The notes under the pieces are model-generated. The model did no database searches, was not told the DNA's origin, and saw nothing but the letters and a program-made list of their open reading frames with translations. Below, one piece after another: positions 62,611-64,000 of a DNA stretch of 64,000 nt. The translations under genes were made by a program, and so were the position numbers. Source of the DNA: Desulfatiglandales bacterium (lineage in GTDB: Bacteria > Desulfobacterota > DSM-4660 > Desulfatiglandales > Desulfatiglandaceae); NCBI GenBank assembly GCA_963662465.1, contig OY759599.1, positions 7,616,001 through 7,680,000 on the forward strand, written 5' to 3'. Within the stretch, counting starts at the first letter, position 1. Every line of letters starts with the position of its first letter.

Positions 62611-64000
62611 ATGGCAAGAGCCAAGAAAAACAATATAGATGAAGAGCCGTTGGAAAAGCAGCTTTGGAAGGCCGCGGATAAGCTCAGGAAGAACATTGAC
62701 GCGGCGGAGTATAAGCACATTGTATTGGGGCTGATATTTCTTCGATACATTTCCGATGCCTTTCTGGATCTGTATTCCAGGCTGAAAAGCGGTGCAGACG
62801 AATACGCCGGGGCCGACCCGGAGGACAAAGACGAATACAAGGCGGAGAATGTATTCTTCGTGCCGGAAACAGCCCGGTGGTCGTATCTGCAGGCCAAGGC
62901 CACCTTGCCTGAGATCGGCAAGGTGGTTGATGCTGCCATGGATACCATTGAAAAAGACAATCCTTCTCTCAAGGATGTGCTGCCCAAGGTTTTTACGCGG
63001 AGTAACCTGGACCCAACCAATCTGGGCGGTTTGATTAATCTGGTTGGCAACATTGCACTTGGTGACGCCAAGGCCCGCAGTGCCGACGTGCTGGGTCACG
63101 TATTTGAGTATTTTCTTGGTGAGTTTGCCCTGGCCGAAGGCAAAAAAGGGGGACAGTTCTACACCCCACGCAGCGTTGTTGAACTGCTGGTGGAAATGCT
63201 GGAGCCATACAAGGGCCGGGTATTTGACCCCTGTTGCGGGTCCGGCGGCATGTTTGTGCAGTCGGAGAAGTTTGTCGCCGACCACCAGGGCAGGGTGAAT
63301 GATATTTCCATCTATGGCCAGGAGAGCAACCATACCACCTGGCGGCTGGCCAAGATGAATTTGGCCATCCGGAGCATCGACAGCTCCCAGGTGAAATGGA
63401 ATAACGAGGGTTCATTTTTAAATGACAGCCATAAAGATCTGAAGGCTGACTATGTGATCGCCAATCCGCCCTTTAACGACAGTGACTGGAGCGGCGAACT
63501 GCTCCAGAAAGACGGCAGGTGGAACCACGGCATTCCGCCCTCTGGCAACGCCAACTACGCCTGGATTCAACACTTCCTCTATCACTTGAGTCCCAGTGGC
63601 CAGGCCGGTTTTGTACTGGCAAAAGGCTCCCTGACCTCAAAGACCTCCGGCGAGGGGAATATCCGCAAGGAATTGATCGAGGCCCGGTTGGTGGACTGCA
63701 TCGTCAACCTGCCGGCCAAGTTGTTTTTGAATACCCAGATTCCCGCCTCTCTGTGGTTTATGAGCCGCAACAAGGCCAACGGCAGGTTCCGCAACCGCAC
63801 AGATGAGATCCTCTTTATTGATGCCCGCAACCTGGGACATCTGATTAACCGCCGGACCAAGGAGTTCTCGGCGGAAGATATTACCGCGATCTCCGCTACC
63901 TATCACAACTGGAGAAATCCGGAAGGCGATTATGAAGATGTAAAGGGCTTCTGTAACTCCGCCTCCATCGAACGGGTGCGGGAACTGGATTATGCGCTGA
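62611..64000 (+). CDS. hsdM: Type I restriction-modification methyltransferase subunit (3'-truncated by window edge)
   Basis: Manual translation [44 protein letters not shown]; absent from the ORF track because there is no stop in the window. Confidence 0.95.
   Translation, partial: MARAKKNNIDEEPLEKQLWKAADKLRKNIDAAEYKHIVLGLIFLRYISDAFLDLYSRLKSGADEYAGADPEDKDEYKAENVFFVPETARWSYLQAKATLPEIGKVVDAAMDTIEKDNPSLKDVLPKVFTRSNLDPTNLGGLINLVGNIALGDAKARSADVLGHVFEYFLGEFALAEGKKGGQFYTPRSVVELLVEMLEPYKGRVFDPCCGSGGMFVQSEKFVADHQGRVNDISIYGQESNHTTWRLAKMNLAIRSIDSSQVKWNNEGSFLNDSHKDLKADYVIANPPFNDSDWSGELLQKDGRWNHGIPPSGNANYAWIQHFLYHLSPSGQAGFVLAKGSLTSKTSGEGNIRKELIEARLVDCIVNLPAKLFLNTQIPASLWFMSRNKANGRFRNRTDEILFIDARNLGHLINRRTKEFSAEDITAISATYHNWRNPEGDYEDVKGFCNSASIERVRELDYAL

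Noticed and set aside
62425..63333. 302-aa minus-strand ORF
   Set aside because: Antisense shadow of hsdM, which has all expected motifs on the + strand

Overview
Chromosomal window from an anaerobic Desulfobacterota-like bacterium (inferred from the HdrL/HdrA/MvhD/Fdh selenoprotein cluster and gene style). From left to right it contains: a partial radical SAM gene, ppx, guaB-guaA, a DcaP-type porin, and an MCP plus orphan solute-binding protein. Next come a non-canonical five-gene Hsp70 operon (963-aa helical/acidic protein, J-domain, GrpE, Hsp70, Zn-ribbon/TPR), a complete IS1182-like element, DUF89, thrC and a gamma-CA. A defence island (about 21.3-38.3 kb) holds decayed toxin-antitoxin genes around a type I-F CRISPR-Cas locus with 24 repeats. 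The cas operon carries three visible lesions: a 4.7-kb ParB-encoding IS21-like transposon between csy2 and csy3, a 218-bp MITE splitting csy1 (its removal restores one 529-aa ORF), and an Arg in place of the catalytic His of Cas1. A 13-kb hdrD-hdrL-mvhD-hdrA-hdrA-mvhD-flxC-fdhA operon has six in-frame UGA (Sec) codons in five genes that the ORF track fragments, and sits head-to-head with a four-subunit 2-oxoacid:ferredoxin oxidoreductase. The right end holds REP-carrying MITEs, IS66/DUF4338 relics, larA, manA, an IS91-family element, a ParE-like toxin remnant ending in an attC-like site, and a partial hsdM. No rRNA or tRNA was recognised. All family calls are by motif recognition; no database search was run.
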